A stretch of 63,149 nt of DNA, filler included, from Globobulimina sp. (lineage: Eukaryota): assembly GCA_003354225.1 (NCBI GenBank). It is 22 parts of 22 records of this genome, joined end to end, with 100 filler letters (N's around TTAATTAATTAA, not from the genome) between each part and the next. Parts side by side here need not be neighbours in the genome. Positions count along the whole stretch, not along the records: positions 1 to 2,777 come from PIVH01004929.1; positions 2,878 to 5,654 come from PIVH01004930.1; positions 5,755 to 8,531 come from PIVH01004931.1; positions 8,632 to 11,407 come from PIVH01004932.1; positions 11,508 to 14,283 come from PIVH01004933.1; 17 more parts are not named here. The stretch is one strand, 5' to 3'. The first letter of the stretch is position 1. Each line of letters starts with the position of its first letter. Below the pieces are notes generated by a model. The model saw only the letters and a list, made by a program, of their open reading frames with translations, was not told where the DNA came from and did no database searches. Below are positions 1-12,867 of this stretch, one piece after another. A program made the position numbers and the translations under genes.

Positions 1-36
1 GACGGGACCGGCGGAGCGATCGCCGATTGGTACGAA

Positions 37-2283
37 ATGACCGACGGCGGCGATCAGAACTTTGCCACCAGGTCCTGGGACGGCGGTGGGGAGGCCGAAG
101 TGAATCAAGCCGGAGCAGCACTATCTAGCTTTGATTTAGCCACCACATCTTTCAATGCATTGTTTTCAAACCTAAACGTGACTGTTTCTGAGTATGGCTC
201 CAGTTGTATAACCTCCACAAGTGAGTCAATATATATTGTTGGCGGAGGACTGGAAAATGCTGCAATGCGTGACTTCCAAGTATTGAATTTAGCGACAATG
301 TCTTGGACACTTTTACCAAATATGACTGTCGCACGAGGACAAACCGGATGTATCATACATGGTGAATATTTATATGCAGTGGGCGGTTATGATAATGGAT
401 GGTTGGCCTCTATGGAGAGAACAGATTTGGTTAGTTTTACATGGCAAATGTTTGGAAATTTAGCGTATGGTGTTTCTGGTCATAGATTGGTAGGATATGT
501 GAACAATATATTAGCGCTGGGCGGCTATATCAATGGTGAGGGCGGTGGGTTTTCTACGGATGAAATCCAAGTCATTGACACTATCACTGGTTCCGTGTAT
601 GTTAACGCTGTACGAATGAGCTATGAATGGCGTTACGCTGCGCTTATTACGGTGAACGACATTGTTTATACGTTTGGTGGTAATCAAACATTTGGAGGAA
701 GCACAGACAAATGGCAATATTATATATTGTTAAGTATTATTGTACAGTAATGAGTAATTAATATGTGTGTCCACATGTTTTTTTTTTATTGTAAAACAAG
801 ACCAGACACTGTATCGCCGACTAAATCGCCAACAAATGTACCAACAGGCAGTCCAACTACAGAACCAACATTGTATCCAACAGCTGCACCGTCCAACGCA
901 CCAACATCTCCACCAACCTTAGCCCCATCCAAAGCACCTACAACTCCGCCATCAAATGCGCCAACATCTCCACCAACTTTAGCCCCATCAACGTCGCCCA
1001 CCTACCCAACCAATGCACCTTCCAATGCCCCAACCTCGCCACCTACAATCGCACCGTCCAAAGCACCTACCACTCCCCCTTCAAATGCACCAACCTCCCC
1101 ACCAACTTTAGCCCCATCAACGGCACCCACCCACCCAACAAATGCGCCAACATTCGCGCCAAGCATTTCACCCACATCTCCACCATCGACTGCACCAAGC
1201 AATGCACCATCAAATTATCCGACGACAGACCCAACCAATGACCCAACTGCTGATCCCACCACGGACCCCACTGACGATCCTACAGAAGATCCAACAATGC
1301 ATCCATCAGAAGGTCCAACAGAACCCACTACTGATCCAACAACAGCACCGTCATTTTCACCAAGTGACGCACCCACAAATGCACCAACTATATGTTTGGA
1401 AGGAACATTTCGTGGTAGAATGGCAGCAAATGATTATTTGTGGAGCGATCAAAATGATTCATTGGTGTCAAATAATTGTAAGTGTAGATTTTGGCTAAGT
1501 GGGACCGGTAATTTATTAGTATTTGAAGATGGTGAAATTAAATGGAATGCAAATACCAGTTTAGTACATTATTCTGACGAATCAGTTTCAAAATTCGTTG
1601 TTAATAATGATGGAAGTGTTGTTTTATATGAATATCCGTATAAAAATGTACCATCTATGACGCCTAAATTAATTTGGAGAACGACTGTTGAAAATAATAA
1701 CGAAAATGATACAAATATTACAATTAATAATGATCATAATTTTATATTATATTTGACAGATTATTGTTGTTTAAACTTAGTTGATTTGGATCATATTTTA
1801 AATGGTATTCTTTGGACCAGCTGCATTCAAATACAATCCACGCAAATATCAATTGCGAATATTACAGAAATATCCACATCATCGAATGGTGGGAATGGTG
1901 GCAAAGGGAATGAAGGCAATGATAATCAAATATGGATTTGGGTTATATTAAGTGTGGGGATATTATTCATTGTATTGGTAGCTCTGATTGTTTATAAACG
2001 ATATGCAAACGATGTAAAGTTAAATTCGCAGTGGATTACATCAAAGGATTCAAATCCATCACATAATACAACAAAAACAAATCCAACGTTTAAATATAAG
2101 CGATCTGTTACTTTTGAGAATGATGATGAAACTACGAAACAAATTAATGAATGGGTGACGCAAACCACTGAGGGTACAATCGAAGTTATGTCGAATAATA
2201 AGCAAGCCACAGAAGTTATGTCTGATAATACAGAAATCCAATATGCAAAAGTTGAATTGCAAGGTACCTCTTTTCATGATTGA
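37..2283 (+). CDS. Kelch repeats + PT/mucin stalk + bulb-lectin-like domain + TM (type I membrane protein), spliced; 5' end uncertain
   Basis: Kelch GG motifs (IYIVGG, LYAVGG, ILALGG, VYTFGG). Intron 729-800 (GTTAAG..AAG) joins ORF 37-750 in frame to ORF 763-2283, which has PT/APS repeats, a 'LSGTGNLLVFEDGEIKW..VNNDGSVVLY..LIW' B-lectin-like pattern and the TM segment IWIWVILSVGILFIVLVALIVY. Confidence 0.8.
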
Positions 2284-2407
2284 ATAAAGTCTTATTAATG
2301 ATTTATTTGTTTTTGATGATTCTATAGTGTGTAGTGATTGTTATCCTTGCACTGTTAAATTTTGATCTTGCCATTTTTTTTATGTGTAAAAAACTGAACT
2401 TTAGTAA

Positions 2408-2777
2408 ATGGCAGCGTTGCAAGCTGTGAATAAACTGTTGCAACAAGTAGATAAAAACCAAGATGATGAAGAAAAAAAACAAGAACCAAATATAGAACAT
2501 ATAGCATCCAAAGTACCATCATACAAATTAAATCATCCAAACTGCAATGTAAGAATTCCTGCGATCGGGTTTGGTCTTTATAACGTTGTAGAAACGGAAC
2601 GAGTGGCATTAAATGCATTGAAAGTTAATATAAAATTATAATACGTGGTTTTGCGACAATTTGGATATGTGTTATATAGGCAGGATATCGACATTTTGAC
2701 GGTGCATCTTTTTATAACAATGAAAACGCGTTCGGAGCATTTTTAAAAAACAATAAAATATCAAGAAATGAATTATT
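2408..2777 (+). CDS. Aldo-keto reductase, 5' part (truncated at contig end)
   Basis: IPAIGFGLY..ALK, intron 2624-2679, then AGYRHFDGASFYNNE: the AKR N-terminal signature with catalytic Asp and Tyr. Confidence 0.9.
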
Positions 2778-2877
2778 NNNNNNNNNNNNNNNNNNNNNNN
2801 NNNNNNNNNNNNNNNNNNNNNTTAATTAATTAANNNNNNNNNNNNNNNNNNNNNNNNNNNNNNNNNNNNNNNNNNNN
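2778..2877. other. Artificial contig spacer (first of 21)
   Basis: 44 N + TTAATTAATTAA (stops in all frames) + 44 N. It recurs at 5655, 8532, 11408, 14284, 17160, 20036, 22912, 25787, 28662, 31537, 34412, 37287, 40162, 43037, 45911, 48785, 51659, 54533, 57406 and 60278. Contig lengths fall from 2777 to 2772 bp. Confidence 0.98.
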
Positions 2878-3057
2878 TGGAGAAACAGGTGATTAACTTC
2901 AATCAAATGACACGTTCACAAACACCACAAAAACAAACTAAATATATATAATATTTATATTTACAGAGATATAATTAATAATTTAACAAAATAATATATG
3001 TAATTGGATCGAGGAGAATATTAAAAATATGTAATTGGCTATGAATGCGGCATAAAA

Positions 3058-4490
3058 TCATACAGCTGTCCCAGTCGTGCTAGTGGAACTTGATTTTCTT
3101 TGCATTTCATCAGCCTTTTTAATGGCGGTTTTATATTTATCACAGCGACTGCAGCGGAAACATGATAAGCATAACATTGAGTACAATTCATTCGTAAATT
3201 TATGTGACAAATACACACATCTATATATTTATAAATCGGTGTTATATATTTACATAAATATAAATTAACAGACACATACAGAGCGTTAATTGTGCTGTCA
3301 ATCACCGAGGCTAAAGTTGGATAAACAGTCCACAAACCAAATCCTAATATTGTTGTAGTCAATGCACACCAGGTTGACAATATAAATAACTTCAACATTA
3401 TGGGCAAAAATGTATGTTTAATATTAATATCAGTAGTTTTCTTTTTTTTGCCAGTCACTTTTTTTTTGAATTTAACCACATTTACCTGCATCGTTTGAAT
3501 CATTGAATGTGAATCTTGTTTATTAAGCCTTGCAATTACTTTATCATCAGCTGATACAAAATCAATTTGTGGCAAATCAATGCTCTGCATACGCTTTAAA
3601 ATAACATTAGAATCTATGCTCTGTATTGGACTGTCATTAATATTGTTTTTTGCCACGGGTTCGGTGCTATACTTTGCCTCCATTTCAGAGACTGCTAATT
3701 CTTCCAATTGCTTCATAACAAACATAAGATCAGTAATCGCTTTCAATCGCGTAATAAATAAGAACAAGCAAGTAAAGCTCCATAAGACATCAAACGTAGC
3801 TCCGGCCCATATTATGCTTGTGGTGTATTTCGATGCTTTAAATGTCTGACAATCATCAGGTGATTGTATCGACTCAATTGCGCCAAAATCAAGATGTAAA
3901 AAAAACATATAAAAACCACCAATCACACACCTATAATATATATTTAATATATCGGTGTTATAGGATTTATGCAGAAACACACAATCTGAACAGATGTATA
4001 TTACATACATAATAACAAAAAAACCGAGGGCTACTGATCCGAGGATTTTTGTCGAATATGCAAGGTATGAGCCTCTGAATGAAACATGGACCAATGACAT
4101 AAAAAAGAGATACATCGCAAGTTTGCCCTATGTAAAGAAATCAGATTTGTAGAGGGGTTTGACATTGCTAATTCCGAATGATACAATACATACCACCATG
4201 AAAAATACAATATTAAATGTTTGGATTTGACACAATATTTTCGAAAAGTGTATGTTGACGGATGGTATATACCATAATGACGCTATAAGATAAAATAGAA
4301 AAGATATGAATACAAATGCTGTGTATCCGAATAATGAGATTGTACCGCATTTTTTGACCAATGGATCAATTGATTTTTCTTTTGGTGTTCCTTGATAAAC
4401 TCTCAATAAGTAATGAACAAACGTGGCAATTAAAATGATGGAACATATGGCTGATATGATAGTGAACGTTAAAACTAACTGATAAGACAT
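3058..4490 (-). CDS. Orphan multi-pass (7TM/GPCR-like) membrane protein, spliced
   Basis: ORFs 4128-4490 and 3039-4115 carry successive hydrophobic helices and a long cytoplasmic loop. A last exon (CLYLSHKF..CFRC..TAV*) ends at 3058. Confidence 0.65.
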
Positions 4491-5158
4491 TAGATATACA
4501 ATTAAAAGTTTTGCAGTGGATCATAACGCTCACAATCCTGTCATCTGTCGTTGTCACTGCACTCATATTACTGCCATATTTCAATATGAATTCATCGACA
4601 GAAGATAAGAAGATAATATATCAAAGTTATAGTTAAACTTAACATCTCTATCTCTCTCAGCAATCCATATTTTGCATGATATCTTTGTATGTTATTTGAA
4701 ATTATGGTTTAAACACAAAAGACCACGAAACGACTGATTATTTATGGAAGTGTTCATAATGGCAAAAACTACTAAAAAAAAAGGAAACAATATATGATGA
4801 ACATTTAAATTATTTATTATCATTGCAATCCACACAAACTCCTCCAAGCCCCCGAGCTCCCTTTGATTACGCCGTAATCCGAGACACTCCGAAACTTTAT
4901 CTGCGTTTTCTTCTTCATTTGCTGCGGCGACGTCTTATGCAAATGCTGTATCACATTAATTCTTGTATTGCTTCTCGAACTCCTCATAAAACTCGTGATA
5001 CTTAAATATATTCCCCTGCATTCGCCTACATTCGATCATATATTCAATAATGCCCAATATCACACTACCAATTAACATTGAGCTACGTGACATTTATGCG
5101 AACTTATAAGTAGTTTAATAAATTTGTGTAAAAAACAAACTGAAAACGTTCACAGAAA

Positions 5159-5654
5159 ATGAACAATGCTGTCAGGAAAAGACGATCCCAATTATTAGTA
5201 AGTGGATACGTTAGAAACTGCAGCACCCACTACATCCATACAGATATTATTAGCATTATTCATGCGTTCCATTATTATATTTTATTGCTATTATATTCTA
5301 TTGGCAGCAACGAAGACGGACAACAAGGTAATGGAAGAAATGAAGACCTTGGAAAAATAACAAAAATAAAAACATTTGAAAATAAAATAAAAAATATTGT
5401 TACTTGTGGTGGTTATGGTTATGGTGTAGCAGCATATATTGTATTTGATGATGAAACATATGAATGTTGCGGGTATAATAGAATGGGTGTATTAGGTGTT
5501 GGCCATTATAATAATATTAATATATGGCATCAAACAAAAGATATGAAAATAAAAAATATATTTGCAGCACCAAACGGATCAGAACATTCATTTTGTATTT
5601 CACATGAGAATAAATTATATGCTGTCGGGCGGAATGATGATAATCAGTTTGGTA
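5159..5654 (+). CDS. RCC1-repeat protein with GYVR N-terminal module (truncated)
   Basis: RCC1-like repeats LYSIGSNEDGQQGNG, CGYNRMGVLGVG and LYAVGRNDDNQFG; paralog of 60378-60668. Confidence 0.8.
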
Positions 5655-5754
5655 NNNNNNNNNNNNNNNNNNNNNNNNNNNNNNNNNNNNNNNNNNNNTT
5701 AATTAATTAANNNNNNNNNNNNNNNNNNNNNNNNNNNNNNNNNNNNNNNNNNNN

Positions 5755-7308
5755 ATGTTTAAAAATCTGTTTCACCCAAAACCAAATATTTTGACGTTTA
5801 TATTTGTTATCTTTTCTAATCTGATCAGATATTTTAGTAACACACATTTTTGAGGCATGCTTAATCATAATCAGGTTACCCCAGACATACCATAAAGTTT
5901 GCAATCCACACTGCTTAAAATTACTCCCTGTATTCATTTTATTATCCTTCAATCCCTGCATACCAAAACCAATACGTTTTTGAGCTTCCTTCTCCAACCA
6001 ATATTTATGTGAATTAAACATATGATATCCAGTGGCAAGCACCACTGCATCAAAACGTTGCGTTGCACCATTTTTAAATTCAATATCATATCCATTCTCA
6101 TTAAACCGTTTGATCTCAGAATTAATAACCTTAATATTACCTTCTTTAACCGCACAAATTGTACCAACATCCAGTAATGGCGCAATGCCATCTTGCAAAA
6201 ACCGAGCAATTAACCCTTTTTTATGAACCATTATTCCATATTTGGACAGCTCCCCATAATACAAACGACATTTAACTTTATAATAAATATCAAATAAACA
6301 AAGATATGGAATTAACAGTAAAAAACTGAAAGGTACATATTCAAGCATCGGAATTAAATGAGTCACTACAAACGCTTCAATTTGCATCAACATACTATGC
6401 GGAATCACCACCTGGCCACTACGTACCAACAATGTTGGTTTTGCGCCATGTTCTAATAAATCCAATGCGATGTCAGAACCACTGTTGCCCCAACCAACAA
6501 TTAATACACTTTTATTCTGTAACGACAGATCTGTCCCATTTGTATATTTACAAGAATGTACAATTAAACCTGAAAATTTGTCCATATTAATGTTCGATAT
6601 CTCTACTTTTGGATCATGATATCTACCATTTGCCATTATTAAATGTTTACATTTATATTGTTGCTGATCATTATTTGATAAATCTTCTGCAGTCACAATC
6701 CATCCACTATTAGCATCGCTTTTTGATATTCGAAAAGCGCTTCTGACAATATGACGTGTGGCAACTTTTAAATTTAAGATTGATTTATAAGATTCCAGAT
6801 ATTTGGCAAATTCTTCTCGTGATGGAAACACAGGATATGTTTGGGGCATGTCATGGAACGGCAAATGACAAAGTTCAATGATGCATTGTAAATGTAATCT
6901 GTGATAGCGGGACATCCAAATATCTGATACATTTTCATTTTTTTCAAATACTAAGTAACTTAAACCTGCCTTTTCCGACCAAGCTGCACATGATAAACCT
7001 GCTGCGGCGCCACCTATTATTATCACGTCCAATTCTTTGTTATTTGTTGGTGGTTTAACAAGTTTTCTCGCCGTTAATTGTTTGATTGGTTGGCATGTGG
7101 CTTCCAAAGATTTTAATGATTGGTCACGTATCGCGTATGGCCAGTTCGTATCCATTATTGCTTTGCCTCGCGTATCATCTACATTTATGGCATTGTTTGC
7201 TGTTTCATCACCATGAATTCGGCGATTTATTAAAGGTTTGCCACGGTACACAAAATAACCAACACCAGACAGTAATACGGAGTTTAAATATTTTAATAAA
7301 ATATCCAT
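5755..7308 (-). CDS. Flavin-containing monooxygenase, YUCCA-like (3' end truncated)
   Basis: FAD motif IIIGGAAAGL, W..RYHRLHL, FMO signature FSGLIVHSCKY, NADPH motif VGWGNSG, and FDAVVLATGY. Confidence 0.9.
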
Positions 7309-7529
7309 TTGAGTTTGTGCACTTGTGAAGTTTTGGAAATGTTCGGCACTTCAAATTTATCGAGATGTCACACTATCGATCCAAACAAAAACTTGCGGAA
7401 GTATATTTTTAGAAGTATAATCTCCGAATTTAGCGAATTATGAAATTATGAAATTAATAATATCTAAAGTTAGGCGAATGTTGATCTAAAAACTTGGCTA
7501 GATTTGAGTGAACTAATCCTTGGCTTGAA

Positions 7530-8048
7530 ATGGAAGATGGACTACTTAAATCATGGGAAATTCAGAAAGAAGGAGTAGAGGAAATCTCCTCAGACAGTGA
7601 GTGTTGTGATGAAATATTGGATATTTATGGCCGAGAATTAATCATTGAGGATGATAGCAATAACAATGAAATGAATAGCTCAATCATTGGGTCGTTACGA
7701 AACAAGGAAACAAGATATCAGCTAATATTTCATCGATGGGTTTTATTAGGTTTTTGTTTATTTGTACCTATTATTTGTACCATAATCGTACTGATAGCTA
7801 TAAGAAAAAATCAACAATGTGGACTAGAATGTGTATTTGCATTGAATGGAAGCGGTTGGTTTATAATCCCAATGATGCTTTTATTTTTTTGTGATATTAT
7901 ATTTTTAATTAGCGGCATTATTTACCATTTGAATGTACATTCTTATTATTGTTGTTATAGAAAATGGAAACAAAGAAATAGTTCAGATTTTGGACATGAA
8001 GGTGTTGTTGAAATTGAACGTGAATTGGAAGTTATAATATATTATTAA
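7530..8048 (+). CDS. Hypothetical two-TM membrane protein
   Basis: 172-aa ORF with an acidic N-terminus and two hydrophobic segments. Confidence 0.55.
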   Translation: MEDGLLKSWEIQKEGVEEISSDSECCDEILDIYGRELIIEDDSNNNEMNSSIIGSLRNKETRYQLIFHRWVLLGFCLFVPIICTIIVLIAIRKNQQCGLECVFALNGSGWFIIPMMLLFFCDIIFLISGIIYHLNVHSYYCCYRKWKQRNSSDFGHEGVVEIERELEVIIYY

Positions 8049-8631
8049 TGATTCTTTTTGTGTTATTATTTTATTATGTTATTCTTTTGTTATATTTTGT
8101 TCAGTGTGTTAATTCTGTGGTATTTTGATTTTATTATTTTCTCTTTATACATAATGAAATATGACTGAACGATGAGTTTTGATACATATCTATCAGTTGG
8201 GTTAACAAACAGTGGCAGACAAAAAAGTAACTTATACAGTCACAAACGAAGCAGATATGTTACAAATTGCAATGTAATTCACGCAACACAATTTAATTTT
8301 TCTTCTAACATTCTAAAATCGTCAGATAACTAAATCGTCAGAATGAATGATTTAAATTATAACTTACATGCTACAATAGTAACCATGTCGCGATATGTAT
8401 CCATTTTTTATATGGTTATAAAACATTAAAAATGGTATCACTATAACTGTTAAGATAATGCAAACCTGGAACAGCGGATAAATGCAAAGCTGTCAATATA
8501 CAAACACAAAGAACAAAATGTCTGTCGAAAANNNNNNNNNNNNNNNNNNNNNNNNNNNNNNNNNNNNNNNNNNNNTTAATTAATTAANNNNNNNNNNNNN
8601 NNNNNNNNNNNNNNNNNNNNNNNNNNNNNNN

Positions 8632-9872
8632 CAGTTTAAACAAAAAAAATGTCGATCTGTCAATGTTGTATCACAACGATATATCCAGTCATATTTTGAT
8701 ATTTCAATTCCACACAAATCACACCAAAAAGAACAATTAATGTTTACTATGCTATGTACGCCCATTTCGCACAATTCAATCGAATTTGCAATGTGATTAT
8801 TCCACACTGGCACTACTTTCATAAATCTATCATTATATTCCATCATACAATTCACTAACGTACCTCTTGATTTTTTTGAATTTGAACATAATAAAAAATC
8901 CATCACATTTTTAGCAATAAATCTTCCAATAAATACATGATGAATATCTACATATATTTTGATAGATTTTGCATAATTTTTATAGATTTTGCTTAATATA
9001 TTAAAGACATCCATTGATTGCATTGATAATAATTGATTACCAAATAATATATTTTTATCCATAGCCATATTGTTTGCATTAATATGAATAACATTGCGTA
9101 AATATGGTCCATTTCTATACATTCTCGAATAATCAACAAAATGATATTTTCGATCAAAAGTGCTTTGAATAATATATAAACCACAATCATTATCTAATAT
9201 TTTCACAATTATACCTTTTGAGCCAGAATTGGATCCTTTTAAAACAAATGTGACTGTTTCATTTATCTCAAAATTTCTTGATATTAATGATGATGGTACA
9301 TTTAAATTAATTTTTTGTGAAAAAGAGCTCCAAAAATCTTTTACTTTGCATCGAATTCTAAATTGAATGTAATAATCATTCAAACGAAGTGGTAATCGAC
9401 AATGAATATATTTTTTATTTGACATGGTATCAATTGCAATATTTGCTGCATTAAAATCAATTAATTGAATGTTATTATTTTCTGCGATTTCCATTTGAAA
9501 ATTTGTTTCCTGTCCACATAAATTATTTAACTCAATTCGTGATAAACCATAAACAGCATCATGCACTTTAATGATTGGACTGGCAATTTTAATTTCTTCT
9601 CGTCGTTTTGGTGTTGGTTCTGGTGATAATGCAGTTAATGCTTGAATGGTCAGCATATCATCATTGTCATTGCCATTATCATTCAGATTGGATGTAATGT
9701 CTTGTGTATTGTGACATTGTTGATAGTATTTATGTAAATACCAACCTGTACCAACAACTAATGCTGCAATACCAAATATTTTCAATTTGTGTTGCAGATC
9801 TTTAGAAATATGTGGAAATCCATTTGCATGAATCAACTTCATTTGATCACTAAAAACCAGACGATTTAACAT
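8632..9872 (-). CDS. Hypothetical protein: N-terminal TM, FN3-like segment, C-terminal Cys/His zinc-finger-like motif (truncated)
   Basis: Open frame of more than 410 aa; YIQFRIRCK..WSSFS resembles an FN3 C-terminus; CDLC..YRC..HFFC motif. Confidence 0.6.
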
Positions 9873-9941
9873 TGTCTAACTAATTTAAACGTTTTCCACA
9901 GCTGCAAATGTCTGATAGTTGAATTTAATGCATTGTTAAGA

Positions 9942-11229
9942 ATGCTGCTTTTGAAATCCTGTCGTGGTGCCTATCACAATCATACTGCACCACGCTATCG
10001 AACATGTTTGTTGATCAAACGAAGGTTATATGACAACAACTCTCCCTACACTGCTGGTGATGGCATTGTACGGTATGCTCAGTTCTTAATTGATACTATT
10101 AAATAATTTAAAAATTAACAATTAACCCAGTTCGTTTGCAGCCAAACCAGAATCAAGATTATCATTATCAGATATTATCCATTACACAGGTTCCACCGAT
10201 GAGAAAATGCGAGAATATGGCATATTTTTATGGAATGAATTACCAGTCCGAATCTCTCATCGCATCGACGAATTATCCACTTTACCATACAATTTGTCCA
10301 ACGCCCAATCCATCCGCGAATTGCGTGAATTATACACACACTCTTTCCATTTATTTCGCATGTTAGAGTCACCAAACGATGATGAGTCTGAATCGTTATT
10401 TATTAATCAAATGATGCAACATTTCAATGCATTAAAGCCAGCCACCATATTATTAGCAAATGCATTGAATCACAGTGATATGGTCATCCCTGAATGTCCA
10501 TTTTTGAATGGTTTCTTAGACAGATTTCATAGATCACGCATTGGCACTCGATTGTTAACCGGGCAATACATCACTTGTCTCACTGATAAACGAAACAATA
10601 AAACTAAAAATAAATCCAATGTGTTGGGTTTAATTGACTTTGAATGTTCGCCCAAACACATTTTAGAAACTGCCATTGACGATGCACAGTATTTATGTCA
10701 TAATAATTTTGGAAAATGTCCAGCGGTTCGGATCCGTGTCTCTGGCGATCATAACAACAATATTACCTTTCCTTATATTACCAGCGATTTACACTACATT
10801 TTTTTTGAATTAATGAAGAATTCGATGCGTGCAGTTTGTGAGAAATATATTGAAAATGATGAGGACGATATGCCCGATATTGATTGTGTGATCGTGGCCA
10901 AATATCAACAGAAATCGGATGATGTCACTGTCAAAATATCGGACCAAGGCGATGGAATAAGTAAAGAGAATATCGATAAGATATGGGATTATGCATATAC
11001 TACGATACGCGAACCTGACAATGTGGAGGAGGATGATATCAATTTGGATAATAAAGCTCCAATGCATGGATTTGGATATGGACTGCCAATGTCTCGCTTA
11101 TATGCCAGATATTTTGGTGGCGATTTAAAAGTTTTGTCCATGGATGGATATGGTACGGATGCTTTCATATATTTGAATTGGTTGAAACCTGACGATGTGA
11201 AACCATTAACGGGACAATATGATATCTGA
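9942..11229 (+). CDS. PDK: Mitochondrial pyruvate dehydrogenase kinase / BCKD kinase family
   Basis: Arg-rich presequence, intron 10073-10130, ELPVRISHRI, FLDRFHRSRIG, FELMKNSMRA (N box), ISDQGDGI (G1) and HGFGYGLPMSRLYARYFGGDL (G2). Confidence 0.92.
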
Positions 11230-11567
11230 AATAATTAAACAATTGTAATTGTATCGAATCGAATCGATCAACAGCTAATATATTGTTATATTCATGATCA
11301 ACTTTCCATTTTCTCCCGCATCTTTTATTTAAGTTTCTAAGGGAAAATACCTAATTTGATGGAAAATGGAAATCACATTTTTCAGTAGTGAAAAATCAAT
11401 AATTTTTNNNNNNNNNNNNNNNNNNNNNNNNNNNNNNNNNNNNNNNNNNNNTTAATTAATTAANNNNNNNNNNNNNNNNNNNNNNNNNNNNNNNNNNNNN
11501 NNNNNNNTATGGGTAAAATACTATTACTTTCGATTCAGTTAAAGGCACGAATTCTATTACAGTTTTT

Positions 11568-12784
11568 TCATATAATGTTGCTACATTTTATTTTCACTTC
11601 ACAAGTGTTACTAGCCATTAACTCGATTTCTTCATCATTGCTCTCTTCCACAGTTAATTTATTTGTCATATTTCCACCATCATCACACGATACAACTTTT
11701 GCAAAATTAAAACTAGTGCTCCCAGTGCTACGTCGATAATTACTTATTGTCCTCATTAACGGCGTTGTTTTGAACATTTGAAAGCAACATTTATCACTTA
11801 AAAGTTGACATATTTTGCAATATACCTTATAATATTTATTATTCCATTCAAACATCAACCACAGACATAATGAATTGATAAACACATCAATGTATAGCAA
11901 TATTTGCAAAAAAACATCATGAAAATGCAAAATATTTACAATGCTCCACAAAATCAAAGTAGATGTGGTCGAAATCATTACTAAGTTTGTTTGTTTTTTC
12001 ATTAATTTATATATTTTAATCAAACCCCTTTTCAATATGGATTGGTGCGGAGGCGTTGATGACTGAATGATTGACTCACTGTCAAATCCCTTAATTATAC
12101 GATATAATTTATTATAAAATAAAGTTCCATAAAATATGTTTCCAAAAACGATAATTATTTGAAATGCAATCCGAATATGAGGGTCTAAACCGATGCTAAA
12201 TTCTCCAGCGCAAATTGTAATTTCTTCTTGTTTGTCCTTATTAGAATTTGTTGTCGCACTCTTAAGATTTGCTGGAAAATGTTTTTGATGTTTTCATCAA
12301 ATCTTAAGGTACGAAAACAAGTTCTAACCTTTGGGCCAGACCATGCAAATGGTACTGTTAAAACATCTCCTTTTTGGAATACAAATATAGCAATAATCAA
12401 AGCAATGTATATCATGCAGTTAATGAGAATCAAGGTTTGAAAGAAAATCTTTGATAATTTAAAAGATGTTGTCTTGAATGTGGAATATAAGCGGATAGTA
12501 AAAAACATATACAATGAACATAGATATGTTGCTAAAATAATTGCACCTGAAATTGCGGCAACATCACAATATTTGTACCATGCTATGATTAACAATATAA
12601 AGCAGCTCATTATCATAGCAAATAGGTATGAATATTTAATAAGAGATGACAGTTTGAATGAGGAATTGTTTTGATTCTTGAATTGTGCGATGGATATGAT
12701 GAATAATGTGAGTTGAATGATGGTCATACTGCAATATAATATCAATTGTACCATATAGCGGGTATATACTGTGAGAGAAGACAT
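11568..12784 (-). CDS. Orphan 7TM/GPCR-like membrane protein, spliced
   Basis: Intron 12237-12328 joins ORF 12185-12784 in frame to ORF 11568-12035. About 7 hydrophobic helices, ending in DVFINSLCLWLMF..YKVYC..C. Confidence 0.7.
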
Positions 12785-12867
12785 GACAACTACCGAAAAC
12801 GGAAAAGTTTTTTCATGTGATGTTCAGTTAAAAACTTTATTTTTTGGTGTTTATCTGTGGTCAAATC

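Noticed and set aside
810-1390. PT/APS tandem repeats (also 23100-23300 and 24480-24800) as a DNA repeat array, and their antisense VG/DG ORFs as genes
   Set aside because: The repeats vary at synonymous positions within a mucin-like coding stalk, and the antisense ORFs are shadows of it.
4800-5078. Minus-strand frame with two in-frame TAA (4956, 4935), suggesting TAA reassignment together with the CFAP210 stop
   Set aside because: There is no recognisable homology, and conserved genes such as NTF2 end at TAA at the expected position. Long ORFs read normally in the standard code.
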